A stretch of 64,000 bases of DNA from Parcubacteria bacterium C7867-005 (GCA_001189165.1 LFCO01000001.1:221592-285591), one strand, 5' to 3'. Shown: positions 48,172 to 58,634, counted from the stretch's first letter. Notes: generated by a model from the letters alone, not told the origin. A program made the numbers and translations.

Positions 48172-48879
48172 TCAATTTACAACTTCTATAAAATCTTCTA
48201 TCGCCTCTTCTGGATCGCTGGCACCAAAGATGGCGGAGCCTATAACTAGCCGATCAACCCCCCTTTCTATAAGTTGTTTGACGTTATCCATATTAACCCC
48301 TCCATCAACAGAGATGATTGTGTCCTTAAATTTGGCCTTAAGGGAGCTTACTCTATCTAGGACCCTCTCATCAAATTTACTTCCCTGTTTTCCAATCTCA
48401 CTTATGCTCATCAGTTGTATAAAATCTGCTTCCAAAACATGAGGCCATAACCTTTCTAGGTCAGTATCTAAACAAACAGCGATACCTACCTCAACCCCAA
48501 GATGAGATGAGCTCAAAGAAAACCTGTTCCTTAGATCATTTAGTAAGCGACTCAACTCCTCTGGATTATCAAACACCTCTAGGTGCAGGATGATCCTTTC
48601 TGCCCCTGCTTTTATCCAATCATCTAAAAGATCTCCTGCTCCTCTGACCATAAAATGTACTTCAAAACTCACGTCTTCCCAATAAGGGAATCCCTCTGTC
48701 TCTTCTACTATCCTCAAGAATGATCGGATATCGTCGTTGTATGGCCAACTTGATCCAGGAGTAAATGATCCATCTGTCACATCTATATGGACCATGGGTA
48801 GGCGCCCGGCGACGAGGCCCAGCTTCTCCTCAAGGTCCAGAAAATCTTTTGGTATAACTGCTGGGATAATCTCACTCAT
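48172..48879 (-). CDS. rpe: Ribulose-phosphate 3-epimerase-like TIM-barrel protein.
   Basis: HIDVTDGSFTPG, VHFMV and SVDGGVN...VIGSAIF. Confidence 0.7.
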   Translation of the reverse strand: MSEIIPAVIPKDFLDLEEKLGLVAGRLPMVHIDVTDGSFTPGSSWPYNDDIRSFLRIVEETEGFPYWEDVSFEVHFMVRGAGDLLDDWIKAGAERIILHLEVFDNPEELSRLLNDLRNRFSLSSSHLGVEVGIAVCLDTDLERLWPHVLEADFIQLMSISEIGKQGSKFDERVLDRVSSLKAKFKDTIISVDGGVNMDNVKQLIERGVDRLVIGSAIFGASDPEEAIEDFIEVVN

Positions 48880-49352
48880 GTATTCTGAATTCGATCTATT
48901 TTATCTATACGTGGTTGGTGTCTACTTCCTTCGGTGAACGGTGTCTCGAGCCATTCTTTGACAGCCTCTTTCATCTCATCTGCAGTTATAAAACGAGCTC
49001 CTATAGACAAGACATTCCCATTATTATGGTCACGAGAAAGTTTAATGATAGAATCTTTTTCCTCAACAAGGGAAGTAGCCTTACCATAATAAACAGTGGC
49101 TCTAACATGTTTGAATCTATTCGCACACATCGCTTCACCCTGACCAGATCCGCCGAGAACAATCCCCTTTACTTCGTTTGGATGCATAGAAACTTCACGC
49201 GCGACAGGAATGATGAAGTCAGGGAAATCATCTGATTCGTTATATTCAAGTGCACCCTTATCTTCTACTTCATGGCCCATACCCTTTAAGTAGTCAATGA
49301 GCACATTCTTTAGTTCGAAACCTGCATGATCAGCACCAACAAATATTTTCAT
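48876..49352 (-). CDS. rpiB: Ribose-5-phosphate isomerase B.
   Basis: MKIFVGADHAGFELKN RpiB/LacAB N-terminal signature. Confidence 0.88.
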   Translation of the reverse strand: MKIFVGADHAGFELKNVLIDYLKGMGHEVEDKGALEYNESDDFPDFIIPVAREVSMHPNEVKGIVLGGSGQGEAMCANRFKHVRATVYYGKATSLVEEKDSIIKLSRDHNNGNVLSIGARFITADEMKEAVKEWLETPFTEGSRHQPRIDKIDRIQNT

Positions 49353-49353
49353 A

Positions 49354-49881
49354 TTAATTAAAATTTGCTAATGTGAAAAACACATTGGTTCCTATTAATG
49401 CCAATATAGACAGAGTTACGTATGCTATGTTCTGAACCTTTTCTGATTTGTGTTTAAATATCATTGAAAAAAAGAGGGCTAGACAAAAACTTACCACAGC
49501 GCCCCCAAACAACGATCCACCAGAGAAACTTTCCTCGGTCCATGACACAGCAATAGACAGAGCGAGTACAGGTAGCCCAATTATAATACCCGCTTTTTTT
49601 AGGTAATACATCGCAGAGATTCTGTCCCTGAACTTGCCGTACAAAAATCCCCATAGTGCACCATCTAGAAAAATAAGAATTGCAGATACGGCCATAGAGC
49701 CAGTCGAGTACGGCATGTTCAGAAGCGGCTTTAGAATTACTTCAAAAGGAAAAGTGGCCAGATAAGAAAGTGGTACAGACAACAACAGACCAATCAACCC
49801 GTATGCCACATACTTGAGGCCAAAATACATGACCAAAAACAATATAGCTCCCCGCAACCAGTATCTTTTATTCGTTTCCAT
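49354..49881 (-). CDS. Hypothetical integral membrane protein (5-6 TM).
   Basis: Hydrophobic throughout. No family recognised. Confidence 0.4.
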   Translation of the reverse strand: METNKRYWLRGAILFLVMYFGLKYVAYGLIGLLLSVPLSYLATFPFEVILKPLLNMPYSTGSMAVSAILIFLDGALWGFLYGKFRDRISAMYYLKKAGIIIGLPVLALSIAVSWTEESFSGGSLFGGAVVSFCLALFFSMIFKHKSEKVQNIAYVTLSILALIGTNVFFTLANFN

Positions 49882-49887
49882 TTTATT

Positions 49888-50922
49888 TTACTTAATATTT
49901 TGCCCGGACTTTACTACATGATCAACCAATGTGTTTGTATACCCCATCTCATTGTCATACCAAGCAAGAACCTTGACCAGGTTTCCTCCAACAACACGAG
50001 TGAATGATAAATCTGCTATAGAAGCATGTGCTGCTCCTTTTATATCCGAAGAAACTATGGGTTCAGAAGTAACCTCGAAAATCTTCTTCCACCTATCTGT
50101 CTGAGAAGCATCGGTCATGATCTTATTCACCTCTTCAACCGTAGTGTCTCGCTTCGATATAAATGTGATATCTGCGATAGATCCAACTATTGTAGGAACA
50201 CGTATGGAAATACCATCAAATTTGCCATCAAGCTGAGTGAGTGCCTTGCCTACGGCTATGGCAGCACCGGTAGACGAGGGCACTATATTTTGTGCGGCCG
50301 CCCTGCCCTCTCTATAATCCTTTTTGTTTGGACCATCTACTATGGACTGACTGGCAGTATATGAATGCACAGTATTAAGAATCGCTTTTTCTACACCAAG
50401 AGCCTCATCAAGAATAGCGAGCACCGGACTCGCTGCGTTTGTGGTACAAGAAGCATTTGAGGTGATTTTACAGGCAGCAAACTTCTCTTCGTTTATACCA
50501 ATAAGCACAGTGGCCCCTTCGATTCCCTCTACTGGCTCATCCTTCATAGGAGCCGTCACCACCACTCGCTTGGCCCCAGCATCAAGATGTGCTTTAGCTA
50601 GATCGTATTTGATAAAGAAACCAGTGGATTCTACAACCACATCTATCTGAAGATCTTTCCAGGGTAATTTGGTTGGGTCTTTTTCTGAAACAAACCTGAC
50701 TTCTTTGCCATCTATAACCAATCCTGATTTATCTTGTTTTACTTCTATTTTTAGACCACTCTGACCGTATGTCGAATCAAATCTAAGGAGATAGGCGATA
50801 TTGTCTATATCTCCTAGATCATTAATAGCTACAATTTCTAATTCTGGTCTCTTCTGAGCAAGTTTATAAAACGCTCGACCGATTCGGCCAGCACCGTTTA
50901 CTGCCACTCGTATTGTTTTCAT
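49888..50922 (-). CDS. gap: Glyceraldehyde-3-phosphate dehydrogenase.
   Basis: INGAGRIGR NAD-binding motif and the active-site ASCTTN. Confidence 0.95.
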   Translation of the reverse strand: MKTIRVAVNGAGRIGRAFYKLAQKRPELEIVAINDLGDIDNIAYLLRFDSTYGQSGLKIEVKQDKSGLVIDGKEVRFVSEKDPTKLPWKDLQIDVVVESTGFFIKYDLAKAHLDAGAKRVVVTAPMKDEPVEGIEGATVLIGINEEKFAACKITSNASCTTNAASPVLAILDEALGVEKAILNTVHSYTASQSIVDGPNKKDYREGRAAAQNIVPSSTGAAIAVGKALTQLDGKFDGISIRVPTIVGSIADITFISKRDTTVEEVNKIMTDASQTDRWKKIFEVTSEPIVSSDIKGAAHASIADLSFTRVVGGNLVKVLAWYDNEMGYTNTLVDHVVKSGQNIK

Positions 50923-50937
50923 AGAACTTATTATAAC

Positions 50938-53247
50938 CTATTTTACTGCTGCCACCTCCTCTATCTCACAGACACCGCCGGCGCATGCGAGCTCTTTTTT
51001 GACTTCTGTCTCATCAGTCAATTCGTAAGTCATTATCTTAGAGAAATCCAGATCCTTAAACCTAGACATGAGCTCGTTGTACCTCTTTTCGTCTATTTCT
51101 TCGTACGGAGCAAGTTGATATACATGATTGTCTCTGGGTAGGAAAGATAATCCTCCGATGATGTCCCAGTTACCGTACAACCAATGAGCAACTTCTATCC
51201 ATTCGTCTTCTCCAATAGAGACTGTTACGGAAGGGTTGTGTTCGGTGAAATTAACCTTGACCTGCTTCCAATACTCCAACTGTTCAATAGCACTTTGATC
51301 CTTTTTGAATATAGATCCACCGGGTGCTTTTACTGGGAAGTCGATAACAAAGGTAGTGGCACTTTCCATAGATTGTCCAACCTCTGGTGCATATGGCACT
51401 CCCTGATCCCTGAGCATCTTGAACAATGCATCCGTAGCAGAAATTCGAACACGTCTAATATAAAACGGAGCGTGTCTTGGATGCATACCAGAAGAACAAT
51501 CAACTGTCTGAGACAGATTACCAGACGGCTTTGTACAAGTTATACAAGTAGATTCACCGACACCAAACCTCTTGGCAAACATTTTATTTATTCGAATACT
51601 TTCTTTGAGAAGTTTTTGCTGCATTTTTGGATCCCTAACCTTTGGGCAATCCCACTGACCGGTAATAGAAACACCCAGCAATCTTTCTGCTTCACAATTT
51701 TCCTTCCATTCTTTGGACAAATATGGGAAGTAGGTCAAAGTAGACTGGTATGTACCGATGATCGTGGCAACCCTTACTTTTCTTAGGAGTGATTCCTCTG
51801 TATCCTCTGCGCGAGCAACGACTTCTGATAAGTTACAAAACTGTTTGGACTGAAGGATAATTTCTCCACAAGGATTCGTGCCAAGCTGAGGCATGCCTCC
51901 ATATTTCTTCTCAAAATAGGCAACTCGTCGTTCTGGTAGTGTCTTTGGCAAACTTCCAGCATTAAATATACCCCTCTCACCAGATCCAGACTTCATGAGA
52001 GCTATCCATTCTTCTAGAAAATCAGTTGAGGTTGGCTTCTCATCATAAACTGCGGAATTGTTAGCGAGCATCCTCTGTGGGTCTGTATTCCAAAACTGAC
52101 CCTTTTTAGCATCTCTAATTTCATTGTCGTTTAAGTCTGACAAAGAGATCATGGCACTTCTACGAACACCACCTGACACCACTATCTCACCGACCTTGCA
52201 TAAAATGTCGTGGGCATCTATGTTGTTCAGACGCCTCCCCTGTCTTGAAAGTATTTTATTTCTACTGAAAGCGAGTAGTTGTCTGAGTGGTTCTGGTCCG
52301 GATGACTTACCGCCCATGGTTGCGAGCCTTGCTCCAGCTGGTCGCAGTTTAGAGAAATCAAAAGTTACATCTGAACCATCTGCCCAGGTTTTTAGACCAA
52401 AAGCAAAAGCGTCACACCACCCTTCCTTAGAGTCTAGAATTGTATAAACCGGAAGTGTCTTACCTGTTTGTTTTTTGATCTGAGGTAATTGCTGAATATT
52501 TTCACTTTGAACTGACCAACCAGATCCAGTACCGCACATAGAGATATACATCACTTCAGCAAAATCTTGCCATTTGGATGGAGCGATGAACGAACAGTTG
52601 TAAGCACAAACATTTGTTGCTCTGGCAGCTTTGCCTGCGAATTGCAATAGACGCATAGAAGGCATCGCTTCGTGCATCAAGATACCCTGTCTAACTTCTT
52701 CATACTCAGAATCCTTTAATTTTTTACCTAAATTTTCTTTCATGAAGTCCATATATCGACCAACCGTCTCTATCCACGTCTCTCTTCTGCCTTCTTCGGC
52801 TATCCATCTAGAATAAGTTCGGTAGTAAACAAATTCCCCAAGAGGATTTCTGAAAGATTTTTTACTTTCTTCGGCAAGTTTTTTAACTTTTTCTGGAACT
52901 TCAACGCCTTTATATCTCAGCGCCGATCTTTTCTCTCTATATAGGATATAGGCTTTGGCTGTAGAAACATATTCAGAGAGCATAAGCTGTTTTTCTACAG
53001 AATTTTGGATACCTTCTACTGTTGGCACGAAATTTGGGTGTTTTTTGGAAATACGGACCAGGTCAGCGTAAACAGAATTGGCAACCATCTCTGCTTCCTC
53101 CAAAGATCCCTCGCCCGTAGCAATCATGGCTTTGTTTATAGCAGAAACGACTCTCTCTACATCAAATGGGACAACCTTGCCATTGCGCTTTTGGACATCT
53201 TTGATTAGAAGTTTCTTCTGTTCTTTCTTTTTGAGTGCCTTGGCCAT
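50938..53247 (-). CDS. nrdJ: Class II (adenosylcobalamin-dependent) ribonucleotide reductase with an N-terminal ATP-cone.
   Basis: ATP-cone VQKRNGKVVPFDVERVVSAINKA. RNR core has a C-terminal cysteine pair. No beta-subunit or NrdG is adjacent. Confidence 0.85.
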   Translation of the reverse strand: MAKALKKKEQKKLLIKDVQKRNGKVVPFDVERVVSAINKAMIATGEGSLEEAEMVANSVYADLVRISKKHPNFVPTVEGIQNSVEKQLMLSEYVSTAKAYILYREKRSALRYKGVEVPEKVKKLAEESKKSFRNPLGEFVYYRTYSRWIAEEGRRETWIETVGRYMDFMKENLGKKLKDSEYEEVRQGILMHEAMPSMRLLQFAGKAARATNVCAYNCSFIAPSKWQDFAEVMYISMCGTGSGWSVQSENIQQLPQIKKQTGKTLPVYTILDSKEGWCDAFAFGLKTWADGSDVTFDFSKLRPAGARLATMGGKSSGPEPLRQLLAFSRNKILSRQGRRLNNIDAHDILCKVGEIVVSGGVRRSAMISLSDLNDNEIRDAKKGQFWNTDPQRMLANNSAVYDEKPTSTDFLEEWIALMKSGSGERGIFNAGSLPKTLPERRVAYFEKKYGGMPQLGTNPCGEIILQSKQFCNLSEVVARAEDTEESLLRKVRVATIIGTYQSTLTYFPYLSKEWKENCEAERLLGVSITGQWDCPKVRDPKMQQKLLKESIRINKMFAKRFGVGESTCITCTKPSGNLSQTVDCSSGMHPRHAPFYIRRVRISATDALFKMLRDQGVPYAPEVGQSMESATTFVIDFPVKAPGGSIFKKDQSAIEQLEYWKQVKVNFTEHNPSVTVSIGEDEWIEVAHWLYGNWDIIGGLSFLPRDNHVYQLAPYEEIDEKRYNELMSRFKDLDFSKIMTYELTDETEVKKELACAGGVCEIEEVAAVK

Positions 53248-53429
53248 GGGATAGATTGTTTACGCCTTATAATAAAAAACTGCTATAGGTTCTATTGTAC
53301 GAAAAATGCCAACATAAAAGTTGGGGATAACGATTTATTTTTAGAAGCGAAATAGAAATCGACCCATGTAAAGACTCGCTCCAAACCACGCACTAAACAA
53401 ACGTCAGAAATCGATATTTTTTACAAAAA

Positions 53430-53900
53430 TCAAGGATTCAAATAGAAATTATCACCGATTTTTAGACTGTGTTTATCTACAAAACCAGAAGATACTTCTA
53501 GGACCAAATTGGCAGGTAATTTGGGGTAAAAAACTTGAGGAAAAGACCCGGGAGTGACATTTTTCTCTATACTAATCACCTTATCTTTATCAATCCAGAT
53601 TATATCCAGGGCAAACGGCACATCTTTCATCCAAAAACCATATAGATCTGATTTTTCGAAAATAAAAAGCATGCCGTACCCATCAGCGAGTGACCCTCGG
53701 CCACCCAAACCAAGCATCCGCGCATCACTTGTACTGGCTATTTCGACCTTAACATCCGCCTTACCAATAGATACGGTCATATATTCATTTTTTTCTTGCA
53801 TACATGACGCTTTTGAACAGCCATCAAAGACAAAACTGAGACTCAATATCAAAATCAACACAGACACACAGGCAATAGGTATTTTGTATGACAAACTCAT
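53430..53900 (-). CDS. DUF192-family protein. The ORF track start at 53930 lies inside the upstream terminator hairpin, so the start is more likely MSLSYK at ~53900.
   Basis: Signal peptide plus GLGGRGSLADGYGMLFIF and ALDIIWID, typical of DUF192. Confidence 0.6.
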   Translation of the reverse strand: MSLSYKIPIACVSVLILILSLSFVFDGCSKASCMQEKNEYMTVSIGKADVKVEIASTSDARMLGLGGRGSLADGYGMLFIFEKSDLYGFWMKDVPFALDIIWIDKDKVISIEKNVTPGSFPQVFYPKLPANLVLEVSSGFVDKHSLKIGDNFYLNP

Positions 53901-53917
53901 ACATATATTATACAAAC

Positions 53918-53943
53918 AAAAACCCCGCAATGCGGGGTTTTTG
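53918..53943 (-). terminator. Intrinsic terminator (aaaaccccgcaatgcggggtttttg) after the RRM-protein gene. It is symmetric, so potentially bidirectional.
   Basis: 7-bp GC stem flanked by A/T runs on both sides. Confidence 0.7.
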
Positions 53944-53974
53944 TTATTTATCCGATTTTACTCGAATAAACTGC

Positions 53975-54259
53975 TTACATAGGACGTCGGTTGTCGCGAG
54001 GGGCGCGAGGTTCAAGAGGACGAGCGATGTTAACGGTGAGTTTTCGACCTTCGAAATCCTGACCATTCCACATGTTGATAGCTGCGTCTGCTCCTGCATC
54101 ATCTGCCATCTCTACGAATCCGAAACCTTTGCTTCTACCAGTCATACGATCGATGATTATAGACGAAGAAACAACGGTTCCTGCCTTTGCGAATGCATCG
54201 CTAAGGGCGCTTTCAGTAGTAGTATAAGGAATACCACCTACATAGAGCTTTGTTGACAT
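53975..54259 (-). CDS. RRM-type RNA-binding protein.
   Basis: RNP-2 LYVGGIPY and RNP-1 KGFGFVEM. Confidence 0.88.
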   Translation of the reverse strand: MSTKLYVGGIPYTTTESALSDAFAKAGTVVSSSIIIDRMTGRSKGFGFVEMADDAGADAAINMWNGQDFEGRKLTVNIARPLEPRAPRDNRRPM

Positions 54260-54404
54260 ATACTTTTGTGCCGGCCTTTAAGCTAAGTATGTAAGCGCCG
54301 GACCGATCTCATCCCCAACGTCACTCGGAACAAACCGAAAAACATCTAACGAGAAACTTACATACCCCACATGATAGCGTACTTTGATCTAAAAGTCAAA
54401 CAGC

Positions 54405-54893
54405 CTACTTATTGTGGCAGCCGCAGCCACAAGTTCCACCCTCATCCCCGTGTCCACAATCTACACAGGTATTATTGTTGGGCTTACAAACAAAACAGCC
54501 ACAACCCTTTCGGATAGCCCAATTACCAGCTCCAACAGATTTGATAGCTACCAAAGAAGCGAGTAGAAGCCAATCTAGTTCCATTTTAGACCAGCCACTT
54601 CCGAGTTTTACGTGGAAAATCGCCACCAACATCACTACAGCTAGTATTGGTGCAAAAATACAAGTCCAGATACCTAAAATAAGAGCGGCGCCACCGACAA
54701 CCTCCACAGTAGCTACGAGATTCGCAAGCCACGACCATAGGCCGATTGAAGAAAACCAAGCTTGAGTACCAGCCAAGTCTTGAAACTTGGAGACACCATG
54801 ATAAACAAAGATCACACCGGTAATTACCCTAAGAACAAACATCCCCATATTTGGATTGGCACATTTTGTGGCACAACCACACATGCTTTTCAT
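54405..54893 (-). CDS. DoxX-family membrane protein with Cys-rich N- and C-terminal tails.
   Basis: DoxX TM core. N-terminus reads MKSMCGCATKCANPNMG. C-terminus reads CGCFVCKPNNNTCVDCGHGDEGGTCGCGCHNK. Confidence 0.7.
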   Translation of the reverse strand: MKSMCGCATKCANPNMGMFVLRVITGVIFVYHGVSKFQDLAGTQAWFSSIGLWSWLANLVATVEVVGGAALILGIWTCIFAPILAVVMLVAIFHVKLGSGWSKMELDWLLLASLVAIKSVGAGNWAIRKGCGCFVCKPNNNTCVDCGHGDEGGTCGCGCHNK

Positions 54894-54936
54894 AAGCTAT
54901 ATATTAATTTCTAATACAAGCATTTTAACACAAAAA

Positions 54937-55362
54937 TTATAAAGCCTTATCCTGATCTGATTCCCCTTCTTTTTCCTTGAAATCAAGACAAACAGAGTTA
55001 ATACAATACCTCTTGCCAGTAGTCTTTGGACCATCTTCAAATACATGTCCGAGGTGAGCGTGACATTTGGCACATCGTACTTCGGTCCTTTCCATACCAT
55101 GAGAAGTGTCTGAGTTGAGTAAAATATTCTTTGTATTTACTGGATTATCAAAAGACGGCCAGCCTGTACCAGAATCAAATTTGGCATCAGAGCTAAATAA
55201 CTCATTCCCACATATTTTGCACATATAATTTCCTTTGTCTTTGCTGTATATATGTTTACCAGAAAAAGGGGTCTCTGTATCCCCCTCCACCAAAACTTTG
55301 TATTCTTCTATAGAAAGCCTCCTACGAAGTCCGTCTTTATCTTCTATATCTAGGTCAGTCAT
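54937..55362 (-). CDS. msrB: Peptide-methionine (R)-S-oxide reductase.
   Basis: CKICGNELF...CAKCHAHLGHVFEDGP. It has two CxxC zinc motifs and the catalytic Cys region. Confidence 0.9.
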   Translation of the reverse strand: MTDLDIEDKDGLRRRLSIEEYKVLVEGDTETPFSGKHIYSKDKGNYMCKICGNELFSSDAKFDSGTGWPSFDNPVNTKNILLNSDTSHGMERTEVRCAKCHAHLGHVFEDGPKTTGKRYCINSVCLDFKEKEGESDQDKAL

Positions 55363-55365
55363 ATA

Positions 55366-56661
55366 TTATTCGGTTTTATTTTCTTCTATCTTATTTTCAC
55401 TCTGTTCTTCTTTTTTCATAAGATTGAAAGCCATTCTTATATACCTCAGTACGTGGTGGCCGACCAGATAGTGAATGACCATCCCTAAAATAATAATCAG
55501 TAACAATATAAGGAAAATCAAAGCCAAGTGCTCCTGAATAAATTTCCACACCAAACCCGGAGGTCTCACGTCTATTTCAGAATCTCTTACATTACCAGCC
55601 TGATCTACAGCACGAACAATCACTCTTAGATTAGTGTTTTCAAGTAATGGAACTTGATATGGACTTTCGGACACTACAAACACAGGGGAAACGGTGGTTG
55701 ATTCACTTTTGTCTATAACCCCAACTTCATAATGATCTAATCCTGAGAGACTGTCGGTTGTAAAGAAAGTGATCAAAGCCCTCTCCACCAAAGATACTGC
55801 GCCGAGGAGATAGTTAATCTGTGGCTCAAAATCAACCGGCGGAGTTGTGTCTACACGTGCTACAAAATGACCTGTATTACCCCACGCCCCATTTTTATTT
55901 GCTTTTATATGAAAGTACCACAAACCATCTTCTAGGTTTTCAAAAGATTTGGTCGTCTCATTAGTATTTATAGTGTTCTCTGGGATAGTTAGAGGTTTGT
56001 TGTCCAGGGCAAAACTAAAACCACTTACTCCTGGATCCCTATCCCAAGAAAAACTCGGACTGTTATTGTTATACCAATTACTCTGGAACTGATGCGTCTC
56101 TGAATAAACCAAAACTCCCTCTGGGGCCTTGGTCAAAATGCTGTACTCTGCCCTACCAAAATCTGTCTTGGCCTCTGTCCCACTTCCGTCATTCAAGAGA
56201 ATTTTGGATGATTCAGAAAATGAAATCCTGGCCTGGCCAGTGTTTTTGGCCTTAAAGGTGATGGTTCCTATCAATCCAGAGCCAGTTGTCACTCCGTTAG
56301 GGATGATGCCTATATAGCTCGCACTGCCCGCGGTGTTGTCATACTTTGGTGGCTCAACCCACACTCCGATTATTGAGGATCCGATCAAAGGTTTTACTAT
56401 AGATAAACGATTGCTGTCGAAATTTATCTTGATCTCTATTCCATTTACACTCGAACCCTTGGTGTTCAGGAGTATAGGGACGTCAAAGAGTGACCCCTCT
56501 ACAAAGCTACCTGTTCTGGGAGAAAATGATACTTCTGCTTTAGATATCAACTTAGAAACATCGATATTTATACTCTGCGCCGAACCAACATCTGGAAAAC
56601 CAAAAGAAAAGGTAAAAACAACCAAAGCCAACAAACATGATTTATATAAAGATATCTTCAT
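55366..56661 (-). CDS. Surface protein with an N-terminal signal peptide, a cohesin-like domain, a conserved middle domain and a C-terminal TM anchor (paralog 1 of 3).
   Basis: Cohesin-like beta-sandwich pattern ...SVNGIEIKINFDSNRLSIVKP...GLIGTITFKAKNTGQARISF. Middle domain has TPPVDFEP...SGLDHYEV. C-terminal TM is LALIFLILLLIIILGMVIHYL. Confidence 0.6.
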   Translation of the reverse strand: MKISLYKSCLLALVVFTFSFGFPDVGSAQSINIDVSKLISKAEVSFSPRTGSFVEGSLFDVPILLNTKGSSVNGIEIKINFDSNRLSIVKPLIGSSIIGVWVEPPKYDNTAGSASYIGIIPNGVTTGSGLIGTITFKAKNTGQARISFSESSKILLNDGSGTEAKTDFGRAEYSILTKAPEGVLVYSETHQFQSNWYNNNSPSFSWDRDPGVSGFSFALDNKPLTIPENTINTNETTKSFENLEDGLWYFHIKANKNGAWGNTGHFVARVDTTPPVDFEPQINYLLGAVSLVERALITFFTTDSLSGLDHYEVGVIDKSESTTVSPVFVVSESPYQVPLLENTNLRVIVRAVDQAGNVRDSEIDVRPPGLVWKFIQEHLALIFLILLLIIILGMVIHYLVGHHVLRYIRMAFNLMKKEEQSENKIEENKTE

Positions 56662-57794
56662 GATTCTTCTACGTCCCTTATCTCTTTGATGATCAGACTC
56701 TCCGCATCTTTTAAATCTTTCTTTATATCTCTTAAATATTGTGCCTCCGCTCTACTCATCTTTGAGTTACCATCTCCTATCTCTTCATTCAAAACCTTAA
56801 ATGAACGCAGAACCACGTCTTCAGCCTCTTTGGCTTCACTACGAACGAATGTTCGTAACTTTTTATTTTTTTTCAGATATTCAAACAATCGGATGATCAG
56901 GTAGATCAACAAGAGAATTAGTAGAATGATCAAAGAGAGAATTCCCCAACCAATATCAGAAAAAACATTTCCAATCCTTACTATTATCTCATTCGAGGAG
57001 GGACTGTTGGTCAGATCTCTCTCTATCACCACAGCAGATACTTTGTATTCACCCCTCCTTAGAGTTTGAGGCACCAGAAGTATAAACTCACCGTTTTCAT
57101 CAGTATCTCCGGTGATAAATATCTTTACACCCTCAACAGAAACAAATGTTAAGAGAACCTTAGATTTTGGATAATTAGATATTCCTGATATCGCTTTTTC
57201 TCCGTATTTGGTAGTGAGCACTATCTCTGGTGACTCCAGCGTCGGTTTTGGTTGTTGCTTTTCTTCTTCGACGACTGGTTTGGGAGCTGGTTTTGATACT
57301 GCCCGAGCCTGCTCTACAGAAAATGTGGCTCCGGTCATGCTGTCAGTGACATCTGTGCCCTGTCCATCATTAGCTAAAACCTGCCCTGACTTAAAAGAAA
57401 TAGACCCAGAACCAGTCTTCACCGCCCTCAGTGTCGCTGTGACGACAGTACCAGAACCTCCAGGGAAGCCACCGAGAGTAACCCCTTCAAACTGAAGAGT
57501 GCCAGCTCCTTGAGAAAAATTTGGCTCTGCGACCCAAAAATTCAATATCGAACCAGCTTTGGATATAGATTCAACCGAAAAAAGGCCCGTGGGGAATGAA
57601 GCCACACCAGATACTGCATTTATAGGTGATCCACTAGACACCACTATACGTACAGTTACCCTGTCTCCGACTTCGAAAGTACCACTGGTTGGACTAATAG
57701 AAAGTGTCGCTGCATCTATATAGATAACTGGGACTACAAAAAGTAGTAAGAATAAAATTATTGTACGGACCTTAGCCATGATCTTTTTATCCAA
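56658..57794 (-). CDS. Surface cohesin-like domain protein (paralog 2), with a Pro-rich linker and a C-terminal TM anchor.
   Basis: GDRVTVRIVVSSGSPINAVSGVASFPTGLFSVESI...GTVVTATLRAVKTGSGSISF. C-terminal TM is ILSLIILLILLLIYLII. Confidence 0.6.
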   Translation of the reverse strand: MDKKIMAKVRTIILFLLLFVVPVIYIDAATLSISPTSGTFEVGDRVTVRIVVSSGSPINAVSGVASFPTGLFSVESISKAGSILNFWVAEPNFSQGAGTLQFEGVTLGGFPGGSGTVVTATLRAVKTGSGSISFKSGQVLANDGQGTDVTDSMTGATFSVEQARAVSKPAPKPVVEEEKQQPKPTLESPEIVLTTKYGEKAISGISNYPKSKVLLTFVSVEGVKIFITGDTDENGEFILLVPQTLRRGEYKVSAVVIERDLTNSPSSNEIIVRIGNVFSDIGWGILSLIILLILLLIYLIIRLFEYLKKNKKLRTFVRSEAKEAEDVVLRSFKVLNEEIGDGNSKMSRAEAQYLRDIKKDLKDAESLIIKEIRDVEES

Positions 57795-58633
57795 CCAAAA
57801 GCGACGATTACTATAAGTATTATACCGAATAAGAAGTAATGCTCATACCACCTTTTATAATTATCGGGTACAACCACAGCCACCCTGGTATTACCCCTTA
57901 GGTCCACGGCTCTGACAAATATCTTCTTGTTTAAGGATTGATTAGACAGAAGATGGGGACTCTCAGCAGTAAGATATCTACCCAGATATCCTTCTTTTAC
58001 CTCATACTTGTCTATGCCGGATATTTTGTCTTGAGTACTGAACACAATAAAATATTTATTATCAAAGATATCTACATTCTGGCCAATCATAGGTTCGAAA
58101 TCTTCTGGTGGAAAAGAATCTTCTAATTTTGAAAAAGTAACAGAGCTCTGCTCATCAGAGACGTCTAATACAAATGGATAGACTTCTGTAGATGTTCGGC
58201 TACCAGAACCGTCATTTTTGAGAAATACACCGTCCAACACAGAGATGGAGGCTTGGCCGCTGTTTAGTACTTTAAATACCAATGAAAACAGTTTTTTATT
58301 TCTACCCACAAAACCCCCCGGAGTAATCCCTGAAAATTCTACACCACCAAGAGAGGATTTTACTGGCTTCTTTATCCAAAAATTTATAACCGACCCTCCG
58401 TCCCTTATACCCTCAAGCTCTAAGATATTCCCTGGGAAAATTATTTTCCCTTCTACTGCATTAATAGACTCGTTCTTTGTATCAACAAAAACATCCAACA
58501 AGAAAGTCCCACCTTGATCGAAAACTTTTTCTGATGTGTCAAAGTAGACACTTGCTGCTGATAAAATCCCAGGATAAAAACCTAAAGTAAAAAAGAAGAT
58601 TATAAATATTCTATATGAGAAAATTGTTTTCAT
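57758..58633 (-). CDS. Surface cohesin-like domain protein (paralog 3), with a C-terminal TM anchor.
   Basis: GTFLLDVFVDTKNESINAVEGKIIFPGNILELEGI...LFSLVFKVLNSGQASISV. Middle domain has PPEDFEP...SGIDKYEV. C-terminal TM present. Confidence 0.55.
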   Translation of the reverse strand: MKTIFSYRIFIIFFFTLGFYPGILSAASVYFDTSEKVFDQGGTFLLDVFVDTKNESINAVEGKIIFPGNILELEGIRDGGSVINFWIKKPVKSSLGGVEFSGITPGGFVGRNKKLFSLVFKVLNSGQASISVLDGVFLKNDGSGSRTSTEVYPFVLDVSDEQSSVTFSKLEDSFPPEDFEPMIGQNVDIFDNKYFIVFSTQDKISGIDKYEVKEGYLGRYLTAESPHLLSNQSLNKKIFVRAVDLRGNTRVAVVVPDNYKRWYEHYFLFGIILIVIVAFGWIKRSWLRSVQ

Positions 58634-58634
58634 A

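Noticed and set aside
53247-53430. Possible NrdR box or cobalamin riboswitch upstream of nrdJ.
   Set aside because: No convincing 16-bp NrdR palindrome pair or B12-box could be read in the 180-bp AT-rich spacer. B12-dependent class II RNR genes are not typically B12-riboswitch regulated.
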